Part shown: piece after piece, positions 24,444-36,279 of the stretch | Position numbering within the stretch: position 1 is the stretch's first letter | Layout of the letters: every line of letters starts with the position of its first letter | Assembly: GCA_951406725.2 (NCBI GenBank) | Contig: OX597816.1 | Location: 9,362,001-9,426,000 of the forward strand | DNA: 64,000 bases | Direction of reading: 5' to 3' | DNA from: Octopus vulgaris | Taxonomy: Eukaryota | Translations under genes and position numbers: made by a program | The notes under the pieces: generated by a model | Told to the model about the DNA's origin: nothing | The model's database searches: none | The model's input: only the letters and a program-made list of their open reading frames with translations

Positions 24444-24516
<73 letters not shown>

Positions 24517-25532
24517 TATGATGATATATATATATAAGCATTTAAGTAATATTCACATATATATGTGTGAAAATATTATTCAGAACAATCCAATTTTTGC
24601 CCCCTAGTATATAAATAATACAGTCTTTGGCCTTGTAAATTCTGAGTGCAGTTATATCACAGGTATCATCAGTTTGATGAAGACATTTAGTTCTAGCCAT
24701 TTCTAATAATGTATTTACTACATGTTCTGTTACATACATGTTTGGACATCCAACATGTTACATACATGTTTGGACATGTGTGTTTGCAATCATGCAGCTT
24801 AGAGATTCACAATTGTTCAGTTAGAATTTTTTTTATAGCAATATAAGGTTGCAGTTGATTGGTTGTTTAAGGCAAGGGAGAGAATAATCCATTTTACTAA
24901 TTTTTCACACAAGTGAAACGAATAAAAAGAATCTCTATACTTTATTTAATTAAAAAAAAAAAAATTCCACCTTAGTGTCCTTAGCAGTTGTATGTAGCTG
25001 CTGTTTTGATCTATAAAAAAGCCCATAAACTGCCAAATGTTGCTATCGATATATTCAAATTGTGCCTAGATAAAAAGTGAAGTTAATTATTTTAGATTTT
25101 AAACATCGTTTAGTTTGAACTTAAAAGCCTTACTTGACAGTGACAAAGTTTCTGAAATACATTTTAGTATACATTGCAGTTTGAATACAATATTATTATT
25201 ATAATTATTATTATTATTGGAAACCTGTATATCTTGAAAGTTTTCTCAATAGATGAATATTTCAATGAAATGAAGATCAAAGGCATCTACAGATATTTCC
25301 TTGCACTCAGTTTAAGTGAAAACATTTTAGGACGATAATTAACATGAGAAATTTTTATTTTTCTGCTTGTTATTTCAAAAGTAGTAAAGTCATGATAGAA
25401 GAGACTATTAGCAGTGGAATTTAATGAAAATATTAGAAGAGGAAAAGCTATTTTAACAAGGTAAATTCGTTTGCAGAAATCATTCTAAGAAAAGCACATT
25501 AAACTTGTTCAAATTATACCATTCTATCTACA

Positions 25533-25985
25533 AGTGTAGGCATAGCAGTATGGTTAAGAAGTTTGACTTCAAACTTCATGGTTTCAGGTTCAGTCTCACT
25601 CCTGAGGCAATCAAATCCTAATGAGTATATTTGGTAGACAGAAACTGAAAAAAGCCCTTCATATATGTGTGTTTGTATCTCCCAACTTGACATCGCACGA
25701 GAGCTGTAAACAAGTTCCACCTTCATACAAGTGGTGTTATTTGTTGTCAATCTTCCATGAAAACATGTCTAGTCATGAGCAAGAATTGCATTGTTAGGAA
25801 ACAAGTGAGGGTAGGCAACAGGAAGGGCATCCAACTGTAGAAAATCTACCTCAAGGAATTCTGTCTGATCCATGATGCAAGCATGGAAAAGTGGATGATA
25901 AAATGGTGATGGTGGTAGAGGCAATGCCAGCAGTGATGATGATAATGATGATGATGATGATGATGGTAGTGGTGGTGATGATGAT
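25533..25985 (+). mobile_element. CORE-like-headed SINE with RTE-type 3' tail and (GAT)n
   Basis: Head GGTTCAGTCTCAC..GGTAGACAGAAACTGAAA; tail GGAAGGGCATCCAACTGTAGAAA..GCAAGCATGGAAAAGTGGATG. Confidence 0.75.
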
Positions 25986-26284
25986 CCACATGTCAGTTTC
26001 TGCAGCAGCTCTTTAGTTCTCTTGAAATACTGTCACTTGACAAACCCTTTCGTCTGTTCTGCACCTGACACTCATAATACAAGTATTCATTGCTGATTCA
26101 AGAACAAGAAATTTAGGGATTGAACCCTATGAATGAATATCCCTGGCAACTGACTCCACTCATCTCCATTATTGAATGCATTGTTGAGGAAACATCAATG
26201 TTTTTTCTGTGTTTATGCGAAAAAATTGAAATTATTTTAACCTGATATTTTTATTATAGACTTATGCAATAATAAAGGAATTGG

Positions 26285-26792
26285 CAGGTGTGGCACCTTG
26301 GGCAAGTGTCTTTTACTATAACCTCAGGCTGACCAAAACCTTTTGAGCAGATTTAGCTGATTGAAACTGAAACAAGCACCATCCGTTCGTGGCAGTTGCC
26401 AGCCTCACCTGGCCCCCGTGCCGGTGGCACGTAAAAGCACCATCCGTACGTGGCCATTGCCAGCCTCGCCTGGCCCCTGTGCCGGTGGCACGTAAAAAGC
26501 ACCATCCGTCCGTGGCCGTTTGCCAGCTCCGTCTGGCACCTGTGCGGGTAGCATGTAAAAAGCACCCACTACACTCACAGAGTGGTTGGCGTTAGGAAGG
26601 GCATCCAGCCGTAGAAACACTGCCAGATCAGACTGGGCCTGATGCAGCCTTCTGGCTTCACAGACCCCAGTTGAACCGTCCAACCCATGCTAGCATGGAA
26701 AGCGGACGCTAAATGATGATGACTATGATGATATATATATAGATATAGATAGATAGATAGATAGATTAGTATATATACATACATATATATAT

Positions 26793-26830
<38 letters not shown>

Positions 26831-27070
26831 ATGTGTGTGTGTGTGTCTGTGTCTGTGTTTATCCCCCACTCAACCACTTGACAACCAGTGTTGGTGTGTT
26901 TATATTCCCATAACTTAGCAGTCCAGCAAAGGTGACTGATAGAATAAGTACCAGGCTTGAAAAGAAGACAAAAATTAAGTACTGGGATTGATTCATTCAA
27001 TTAAAAATCATTCTTCAATGTGGTGCTACGTCATGGCTGCAATCTAATGAGTGAATCAAGTAAAAGGTAA
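26285..27070 (+). mobile_element. CORE-like SINE split by an RTE 3'-end element
   Basis: GCACCTTGGGCAAGTGTC at 26293; 3' half with GAATCAAGTAAAAG at 26840-27070. Confidence 0.7.
26374..26730 (+). mobile_element. RTE 3'-end element with three ~58-bp modules and (GAT)n tail
   Basis: Modules followed by the terminal segment CACCCACTACACTC..GGAAGGGCATCCAGCCGTAGAAAC..CATGCTAGCATGGAAAGCGGACG. Confidence 0.88.
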
Positions 27071-27259
27071 GAGACAAAAGATAGAACTAATAGATAGCAT
27101 TTGATAATTTGTTTGTCTCATAATTGAACTATAACAATGGTTTATATTGGTTTATATTATCAAGAATCATATAGGACTTTATGGAGGTAGATTTGGCAGC
27201 TATATTGGTAAGACGAGAGATCAAACTAAAGCATTCTCATTTGTGTGAAAGTAAAAAAA

Positions 27260-27950
27260 ATTGTTACCATATTTCTGTGGAAATGAACTGCTTTTGTTTC
27301 AATTAAAATTGAAAATAAAGAAGAATTTAGTAAAATAACTTTGTTGTTATTAACCAGGTGTTTGGAACAAAATAACATGAATCTTTTGACAGAAAGGATT
27401 TAGATCACTTGTCAAATCGAATCAAATCAATATAGATGAACATCAATGGAATTTGTATCGTTGTAGTACCAGTGCCGGTGGTACATAAGAAAACCATCCG
27501 AACGGGACTGTAGCCAGTACCGCATCGACTGGCCTCCGTGCTGTGGGCACGTAACAAACACCATCCGATCATAGCCATTCGCCAGCCTCGTCTGGCACCT
27601 GTGTTGGTGGCACATAAAAAGCACCATCCGAGCGTGGCCGTCTGCCAGCCTCGTCTGGCACCTGTGTCGGTGGCACATAAAAAACACCATCCGAGCGTGG
27701 CCGTCTGCCAGCCTTGACTGGCACCTGTGTCGGTGGCACATAAAATCACCCACTACACTCTCGGAGTGGTTGGCGTTAGGAAGGGCATCCAGCTGTAGAA
27801 ACACTGCCAGATCTGACTGGCCTGGTGCAGCCTTCGGGCTTGCCAGACCCCAGTTGAACCGTCCAACCCATGCTAGCATGGAAAGCGGACGTTAAACGAT
27901 GATGATGATGATGATGATGGGTGATCAAATGTGGACTGGTATCAAAAGGA
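27260..27950 (+). mobile_element. TTAA-type MITE split by an RTE 3'-end element
   Basis: TTGTTACCATATTTCTG..; right end GGTATCAAAAGGA-TTAA. Confidence 0.6.
27411..27919 (+). mobile_element. RTE 3'-end element with five ~58-bp modules
   Basis: 27412-27600 is the reverse complement of the LINE UTR at ~380-570; (GAT)n tail. Confidence 0.9.
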
Positions 27951-27954
27951 TTAA

Positions 27955-28178
27955 CCCTTTCACTGCCATATTACTGCTCAAATACACTATGTTTGTTTTA
28001 ATTAATTCTGAAAATAAGAAAAAAATTAGTATAATTACTTTCTCATTATTATGCTAGTGTTTGGAACATAAATTAACATTAAATTTTCATGGAAGGTTTT
28101 AATTTAAATCACTTTAAAACAAGAGTTTGTTTCATAGAATCAGGGGCAGTCTCTGGTGTGTTGGTATCAAAAATGGTT
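27955..28178 (+). mobile_element. piggyBac-type (TTAA) MITE, ~225 bp
   Basis: TTAA-CCCTTT..GGTATCAAAAATGG; homologous to 53797-54064, 57463-57677 and the split copy at 31494-32101. Confidence 0.7.
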
Positions 28179-28714
28179 TCTAAAAAATGCTTGTGCAAGT
28201 AAAGTTCTGGATTTGCTACTAGAAAATGGAATCCATGTTTAATACTGAGTTTCTGTTGCAAAATTCAACATAATTTGGGTAAACAGGAACTGGATCCTCT
28301 AGGGTAACAAAAAAAAAACCCCAACAAAAGCGAAAGTAAAATTGTGAAAAAAGGTCAGAGAAGTTATCTGAGTCTGAAGTTATTAAAGTTTTATTAAACT
28401 AACCCTTTGAATTCTGTTGGATCTCTATGTCAATGATAAAAATAGCAAAAATTAGATGAGACAGAAAAGTAGCAAGGGAAATTACTAATTCTTTAAATTA
28501 GGTTAGATATTTTTTTTTAATGAAAATTGTATAACTATTAAATTTTAATATCCTGCTCTATCCTAAGAGAAATCCCATGGAAATATAAACTTATTGATTA
28601 TTCTGCCAACTTGGAATTTGTTCCTTTCATCACTTCTATACTTTTCTCAGTTCTTAAAGTGTCATATGAAGATTAGTGTGATTTTAATCCTTACTGAACA
28701 CTTATTTCTCAATC

Positions 28715-29045
28715 TTTCTTTCATCTTTTACTTGTTTCAATCATTAGACTGTGGCCATGCTGGGACACCATCTTGAAGAACCCAGTACTTATTTTTCTTA
28801 AGCCTGGTACTTATTCTATCAGTCTCTTTTGCCAAACCACTATGTTACAGGGGCATAAAAGCACCAACACCAATTGTCAAGTGGTGGTGGGGGACTAACA
28901 CAAACACACACATATTTCATGGGCTTCTTTCAGTTTCCATCTACCAAATCCAATAACAGGGCTTTGGTCAGCCTAAGACTATAGCAGAAGACATTTGCCC
29001 AAGGTGCCATGCAGTGGGACTGAACCCTCAACCATGTAGTTGGAA
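28715..29045 (-). mobile_element. Diverged CORE-like SINE
   Basis: Collinear with 24017-24424. Confidence 0.8.
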
Positions 29046-29326
29046 ATAGTTTATTTTAATTATTTTGTTTAATATTGTCAGTGAGGGGATGGTTTATTTA
29101 TCTTCAAGTAGATCAGCGCATGTCTCTGTAGATATTAAATATTAATTAAGCAGTGTCTCCACCCATGTAAATAATCTTAATTAAAATACATATCTATAAT
29201 CATTTATAAAATAAAATTGTAGATATTTGCAAAAGTCTATACATATGTGCCTAATAAGCTATACATTTACATTTCAAATTTTTGCTGAAACAAATTCTGT
29301 CATCTATCGATAGAAAACATACACAC

Positions 29327-29357
<31 letters not shown>

Positions 29358-30087
29358 GTAACATGCACTCATATATCCACATATCCTGTGTACAAGATTC
29401 CAAACAGCAAAAGGTTAAAAGAAAATAACTAATAAGATGATAATAAAAATATGTGTTTAAGCATCAGCTTCAGTACAGTGACGGTAAATCCCAACACATA
29501 CATCCATGTGAATTATGAGCAAGTTCAGCACCGTAGCTGACAGAAATATTCCTGTGGCATTGATTTGAACTTTGGCCAGAACGACTGGTCATATCTTACA
29601 ATAACACACTGAGGATGGACAAGAAGCCAGATTGAAAACCTTGCTATTAATGGAGCTTTTATCACTTCTTCTTTGAACAACGACAGGCTATAAATACCTT
29701 AAAGTAGATGAAAATATACCCTGTGATAACATTATGGATAACTCATGACTAAGAACGAAATTCTACACTAAGCTCAGTAAAAGATAGGAGAATCAGAAAT
29801 TTCTTTGAAATAGAAATCAATATTCCACATGGCATTTGAATTACCAGTAATTTGTATCAACATTTGAGAATTTGACTGGTTATTTGAGGAATTATTTTCT
29901 TTAAACATGAAAACAAGGCAGATATTGGCAATCAGAGGCAATCCTTTCACCTCCCTCAAAATAATAGTTGTAGATACATATAAACTGAAAAAAAAAAAGT
30001 GAGGGAGAGAGATTTACGTTCAATTCAAAGGTATTGCATGGAATTATTCAAACAGCATTTGGTAAATGATAACCCTAAAATAAGTAC

Positions 30088-30865
30088 ATCATCATCGTTG
30101 CCATCATCATCATCATCATCATTTAACGTCCATTATCCATGATGGCATGGGTTGGACGGTTTGACCAGAGCTGGCAAGCTGGGGTGCTACAACAGACTCC
30201 AATCTGTTTTGGTATGGTTGTCCTTCCTAACACCAATCATTTTACAGGGTGTGTTGAGTGCTTTCATGTGGTGCCACACAGGTGCTTTTACATGGCACAG
30301 CAATGGTGCTTTTACATGGAATTGCCATGAGTGCTTTTCACCACCAGAGGGACTAGTCCTAACACTTCTGCTGTGAAGTACGGGTCCTCTTGAGTACAGC
30401 AGGTTGCCAAGTATCTTGGTCCTTTGTCATCGCACCTGACAGATTCAGCATCCTGTGGCCATTCTTCAGTACTTCATCCGATATCTTCCTGGGCCACCCA
30501 TTTCCATGTGTTCCTTCTACTTTGAGAGATCTGCAGCACTTCTTTATGGTGCTGTCAGCAGCGCATGATCAAACCAATGCAGTCTTCTCTCTTGAATACA
30601 GCATCTAATTCCTCTTATACGTAACCTCTCTCTCAAAATACTACCACTCTTTACTCTCTTTTACTCTTTTACTTGTTTCAGTCATTTGACTGCGGACATG
30701 CTGGAGCACCGCCTTTTAGTCGAGCAAATCGACCCCGGGACTTATTCTTTGTAAGCCCAGTACTTATTCCATCGGTCTCTTTTGCCGAACCGCTAAGTGA
30801 CGGGGACGTAAAAGCACCAGCATCGGTTGACAAGCAATGCTAGAAGGACAAACACAGACACACAA

Positions 30866-30900
<35 letters not shown>

Positions 30901-31380
30901 CACATATATACGACAGGCTTCTTTCAGTTTCCGTCTACCAAATCTACTCACAAGGCATTGGTCGGCCCAGGGCTATAGCAGAAGACACTTTCCCAAGATG
31001 CCACGCAGTGGGACTGAACCCGGAACCATGTGGCTGGTTAGCAAGCTACTTACCACACAGCCACTCCTGTGCCTACTCTGTTGAACATGTACATTTACTT
31101 TACACATCGAACAGAGTATACTAACCGCATTCCTTCACATGTCCTCTGCACTCAGAGCCCACCTCTCACTGTCATGTAGAATTGCTGTCTGTATACATGC
31201 ATCATATAATCTCCCTTTCACTCAAAGAGAGAAACCTTTTGTGGCTAACAGATGTAGCAGCTCTCTGAAGTTCCTCCATTCTTTTGTTATTTTGCTATCA
31301 CACTCTCTGTACATCTTCCCCACTACTAATTTGGTCCCCCCTGTAGCAGAAATTATCTACTACTGCTAATGAGCCGCCAG
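30088..31380 (-). mobile_element. Old degenerate RTE LINE copy (3' UTR plus ORF C-terminus) split by a SINE
   Basis: (CAT)n tail; 30420-30640 and 31076-31370 align with LINE positions ~1020-1550 (e.g. ATGCATCATATAATCTCCCTTTCACTC). Confidence 0.8.
30647..31074 (-). mobile_element. Young full-length CORE-like SINE
   Basis: Same family as 24017; ACTCT duplication at the flanks. Confidence 0.9.
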
Positions 31381-31493
31381 GATATTACAGCATTATAGTA
31401 AAGTGTCACATAAGGTGTAAGTGAATTCTTTGAAAAATATGAAAATGATGACATCTTGTGAAATATTGTTTGGCAAATGAATCTATCCTAATC

Positions 31494-32101
31494 TATTTGA
31501 TACCAACCTGTCTGAGATTGCTCCTGCCTCTAAAATACAAATTCCATTTTAAAGTGAACTAAATTAAAACCTTTCATCAATATTCTATACTCTTTTTTAC
31601 TCTTTTACTTGTTTCAGTCATTTGACTGCGGCCATGCTGGAGCAGCGCCTTTAATCGAGCAACTCGACCCCGGGACTTATTCTTTTGTAAGCCCAGTACT
31701 TATTCTATCGGTCTCTTTTGCCAAACCGCTAAGTAACGGGGACATAAACACACCAGCATCAGTTGTCAAGCAATGCTAGGGGGACAAACACACACACGCA
31801 TATATATATATACGATGGGCTTCTTTCAGTTTCCCTCTACCAAATCCACTCACAAGGCTTTGGTCGGCCCGAGGCTATAGTAGAAGACACTTGCCCAAGG
31901 TGCTATGCAGTGGGACTGAACCCGGAACCATGTGGTTGTTTAACAAGCTATTTACCACACAGCCACTCCTGCGCCTATGTGAATTTTTATTCCCATCATC
32001 AGCGTAATAATGACAATGTTATTTTACGACATTTTTCATTATTTCCAAAATTAATTGGAAGTAAGGCAAATTATTTCAACAGAAATATCGTAACAAAAGA
32101 G
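31494..32101 (-). mobile_element. TTAA MITE split by a SINE
   Basis: TTTGATACCAAC..; right part CAACAGAAATATCGTAACAAAAGAG-TTAA. Confidence 0.6.
31588..31975 (-). mobile_element. Young full-length CORE-like SINE
   Basis: Same family as 24017 and 44861. Confidence 0.9.
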
Positions 32102-32118
32102 TTAACTAAGTTTCTTTG

Positions 32119-32149
<31 letters not shown>

Positions 32150-33116
32150 CCTGTACAAGAGTTTCAAGAACACTTGAGTTGGAGTTGAATAGTGTCACAA
32201 ACACAGACAAGTAAATTTCATCTTAGATAAACTATCGCTTTGTTCTTTAACCTGATGTACTTTTACCAAACAACTGCATCAGATAGCTACTTGTAATCTC
32301 ATAAAGAAACAAGGTAGGCATACCTCTATGATGTCAGAATGTGATAATAGATTTCAGTGAAATCAAATTATTAAGGAAGAATATATTGACTTGTTAGTGC
32401 AGAACTTGTATCTAAAATAATATATTCTAATAGAATGTTATAATTGCAATTATTAGTAAACTTGATGATATGATTAAATTTTCAAACATCAATACTGAGA
32501 ATGTGTTCAGTACATTAGCAATAAATGGATGCAGCATAGCTGTGTGGTTACGAAACTTGCTTCACAATCACAACATCAAAGGTTTGGTTCTACTGCAGGG
32601 TATCTTAGCCCTGAGTAGAACCAAGCCATGTAAGAGAAATGGAGATAATGGATGGATTGTATCTGTATTTTAAAAGTTTGGTCATGACACACTGTTTCTG
32701 CCTGAAAATCACATTAAGAGTACATGTGCCTGGAATACTCAGCCACTTATATGCTTATTTAATGAACAGGTAGTTAGGTTGAATGACCAACTGAACAGTC
32801 ATGATCAAGATCAACAGTAATCTCCCAACTCCATTTTTTTTTTTTACTCTTTTTACTTGTTTCAGTCATTTGACTGTGGCCATGCTGGAGCACCACCTGT
32901 GAACTATTGGTTTCAAATTTGAACACAAAGCCATCAACTGATCAACTTACCTCCTCAGCTGGTACTTATCTTATCGACCTCAAAAAGTCTGTCTTTACTG
33001 AGTGACGACTTGAGTTTTCTATTACAATCCCAGGCTGACCAAAGTCTTGAGAATGGATTTATAGATGGAAATTGAAAGAAGCCTCTTATATATTCATATA
33101 TATATATATATATATT

Positions 33117-33235
33117 ATTGGCCTGTTCACTTAGCCAGCGGGGTGGCGTCATCTGAAGGCTAAAAAAACAATGCGAACCGCATTGTGACCAGCGATGTGT
33201 AGTAACATCTGATAGCCTGGTTGGTCACGGTCACA

Positions 33236-33240
<5 letters not shown>
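33117..33240 (+). mobile_element. Short GC-rich insert within (TA)n, probably a retroelement 3' end
   Basis: CpG-rich ~120 bp ending GGTCACGGTCACAGTGA, with (TA)n on both sides. Confidence 0.5.
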
Positions 33241-33280
<40 letters not shown>

Positions 33281-33577
33281 AGAGAGAGAGAGAGAGGGAG
33301 AGAGTGCATGTATGCATGTGTGTGTATGCAAGGAATTATGTGTTTGTACCTCCTTGTCTTAACATCTCAGGGTTGATATAAATGAGCATTCTCATCATAC
33401 AAGCAGAGTCCTTCCTTTCCAGTCTTCAATCAAAGCATGTTTGGCCATGGGAAAATATTAACTTGTTTAGAAATAGGTGAGGGTTAATGGCAAAGAAAGC
33501 ATCCAGCTGTAGAGAATCTGCCTCAATGAATTCTGTCTGGCGCATTCAGTAATGGAAAAGTAGGTGTTAAAATAATG

Positions 33578-33578
<1 letters not shown>

Positions 33579-33663
<85 letters not shown>

Positions 33664-33665
33664 AT
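33579..33665. repeat. (TG)n microsatellite
   Basis: Directly visible. Confidence 0.95.
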
Positions 33666-34709
33666 GCATATATAAGAGCGTGTATGTATGTGTTTGTTTA
33701 TGTTTATACTCTATGAAAGTTGCTCACTATATGCTGTTGTCACTTCTCATGTCAACAAACTGTCCACTCACTTTGTGCTTTTGAAGACATGTATAATAAG
33801 AGATCTCTTACTTGAAAAAGAGAGAAGAGCTAATGACAAGAATAGCATCTGGCTCTAAAACATTTGGCCTTTATAGCGTGTTCTTGTAACCCATATTAGC
33901 ATTGAAAAACTGGTGTAGAAACAAATGAACAAAAACAAATGAAAACAAGGGAAAGCTAAATAAGTCTGATCTACATTTTCTTAATATCTGTCCTTACAGA
34001 TAGAGTGCCATTTCTGGGAATATTGTCAGTTGAAAATAGTAGCTGTTCACCTTAAAACCTTTTTGTTACACACCTTATGAATAATTTACTAGCAATATTA
34101 TTTAAACAATGTTTAACGCTTATTCGTAAATTACGGTGTATAACATTATGAATTTTTCAAAGAGTTTCGTTAATTTATTTGTCTAAAAGGACCTGTTTTA
34201 AACATAAAAATAAATAAATAAAAGATGAATTAGAGTAAATCAATATACCTACAGTTTGGTAATGAGCCAATAAAACGAAGAACAATAAACAAGGTAAAGA
34301 ACAGAAATAGTTCCACAAATAATATGGAAACATAAATGAAAAAAACAAAACACCAGTACTGATGATACTTTTAAATTATTTAGGACACACAGACAAAATG
34401 AGCGTGATAAAGAAGATAATAAATTATATGGACAATATTTAATTTTGTTACTGAAATGGTAGGGGGTCAAGTGAAAAAGTTGGGTCATTAGAATAAATGA
34501 ATATTTCGTATTACCAAGCTTTAAATGAAAATGAAATTAAAAACAAGTTTGTATGGGTTTGTTAAAACTTATTTTGCTATAGTGAATTTATTACTAGAGT
34601 ATGAAGAGTAACAGAATTAACTAATCAAATATGTGAGTAGAATAAAACTTAGCACAAAAGAACTAGCATTTAGAAATCTTACAATTCATCAAGCTAATGA
34701 TGAATTTCA

Positions 34710-34833
34710 AGTGATGATGAAGATGGTGTTGATGATGATGATGATTATGGGAAGGGGTTGGAGGCAGCAACAGCAATTATGATGATAATGATGGCAGTAA
34801 TGGTGCCAGTAGTGTTGTTGGTGGTGATGATGG

Positions 34834-34904
<71 letters not shown>

Positions 34905-34997
34905 GTGATTATGATGGTGACGATGATGATGATGATGATGATGGTGATGATGATGGTGATGATGATGATGGTGATAATGATGATAATGATAATAATG
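34710..34997. repeat. (ATG)n trinucleotide tract
   Basis: Directly visible; source of the poly-Met ORF. Confidence 0.95.
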
Positions 34998-35239
34998 AGG
35001 ATAGAGAGTAAGTAGAAAATAGTGGTGGCATTTTTTCTACAGTTGTTAACATCAATATTATCAAAGATAAGAAAATATTACATTGATATTAAAAGCAGAG
35101 TGTAAAAGGACCATGATGATCAAATTAATGACAGGCCTGAAATGCCTTTGAAGCAGACATGATGCATAGTCAGTGTTTTTATCTTTTTTAATTTCCCCAA
35201 CTGACAACAACTGTCAGGCCTAGAAAATATCATCCACAC

Positions 35240-35725
35240 TGTCGTTTTAATGTCCTCTTTATCATTCTTGTTGGACTGTATTCATTTAGGCAGATTTTCT
35301 ACAGATGGATGCTCTTCTCGTCACCAACCCTCACCTGTTTCCAAGTAAGGCAATAAATTCCCATGGCCAGACATGTTTTCATGGAAGACTGGAAATGAAC
35401 GACACTACTAATACAATGGGAATGCTTATTTACAATTCTCCTGCAATGTCAAGATAAGGACACACACACACACACACACATGTACAGACACACATGCACA
35501 CACACACAAACATACACACACACAAACCCATCCACATACACATATACATACACACATAAATATAATGGGCTGATGGGCTTCTTTCAGTTTCCACCTATCA
35601 AATCCACTCTTAAGGCTTTGAATAACCTGGGATTATAGTGGAAGACACTTGCAGAGGGATGGACTGAACCTTACACCATGTAGTTGGGAAGCAAACTTTG
35701 TAATCACACAGCCATACCTGCACCT
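35240..35725 (-). mobile_element. CORE-like-headed SINE with RTE-type tail
   Basis: Reverse complement of the 25533-type element. Confidence 0.75.
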
Positions 35726-35881
35726 ATATTTTACAGGTGTAAGCATGGGAAATCTTCAAAGAAAGCATTTTCTCATCTTCTTTTATCATCTCTGCTAACA
35801 CCAAGAATATTCTCTGTGTTATTAACACCAATGCATATTTACCTACATTTTCGTTGTCAATTGATTGGTTTTTATCATCAA

Positions 35882-36279
35882 CTAGCAGTATCGCCCGGCA
35901 TTGCTTGGGTTTGTAAGGGAAATAACTATATAAGCATTTTTAGAGAGTTATAGCCAAAAAATAACAAAAAATGCATTAAAAATGGAAAAAAATGATGGTA
36001 ATTTTTTTTTTAAATCGTTGACTCATTGTAGATATTTTTAGAGAGTTACTTCCCTTATATAATAGCGAAAAATGCATCAAAATGGTAAAAAATGATGGTA
36101 AATTTTTTTTTAAATCGTAGACTCATTGTAGACGCGCACTAATACCCAGAAGGGCTCGATATGAATCACGACTATAAGATACCTGGTTTTGGTTAAATTG
36201 CACTGCAAAATGTGGGAGTAGTTAGGAATCTAAATCGTAGGAGACAGACAGCACACAACTTCACTTTTATATATAAAGA
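35882..36279 (-). mobile_element. Non-autonomous Helitron, ~400 bp
   Basis: Minus strand starts A|TCTTTATATATAAAAG and ends in hairpin CCCAAGCAATGCCGGG (35894-35909) then CTAG|T; no TSD; internal ~65-bp duplication. Confidence 0.88.

Noticed and set aside
26396-26480. HDV-like, twister or pistol ribozyme in the ~58-nt module (CCAGCCTCGCCTGGC resembles HDV P3/L3; the hairpin plus TAAAAA resembles pistol P1)
   Set aside because: I could not build P1/P2/P4 with the catalytic C for HDV, or the remaining conserved segments of twister or pistol. Only the simple pseudoknot is supported.
34758-35015. Poly-Met ORF
   Set aside because: (ATG)n microsatellite.
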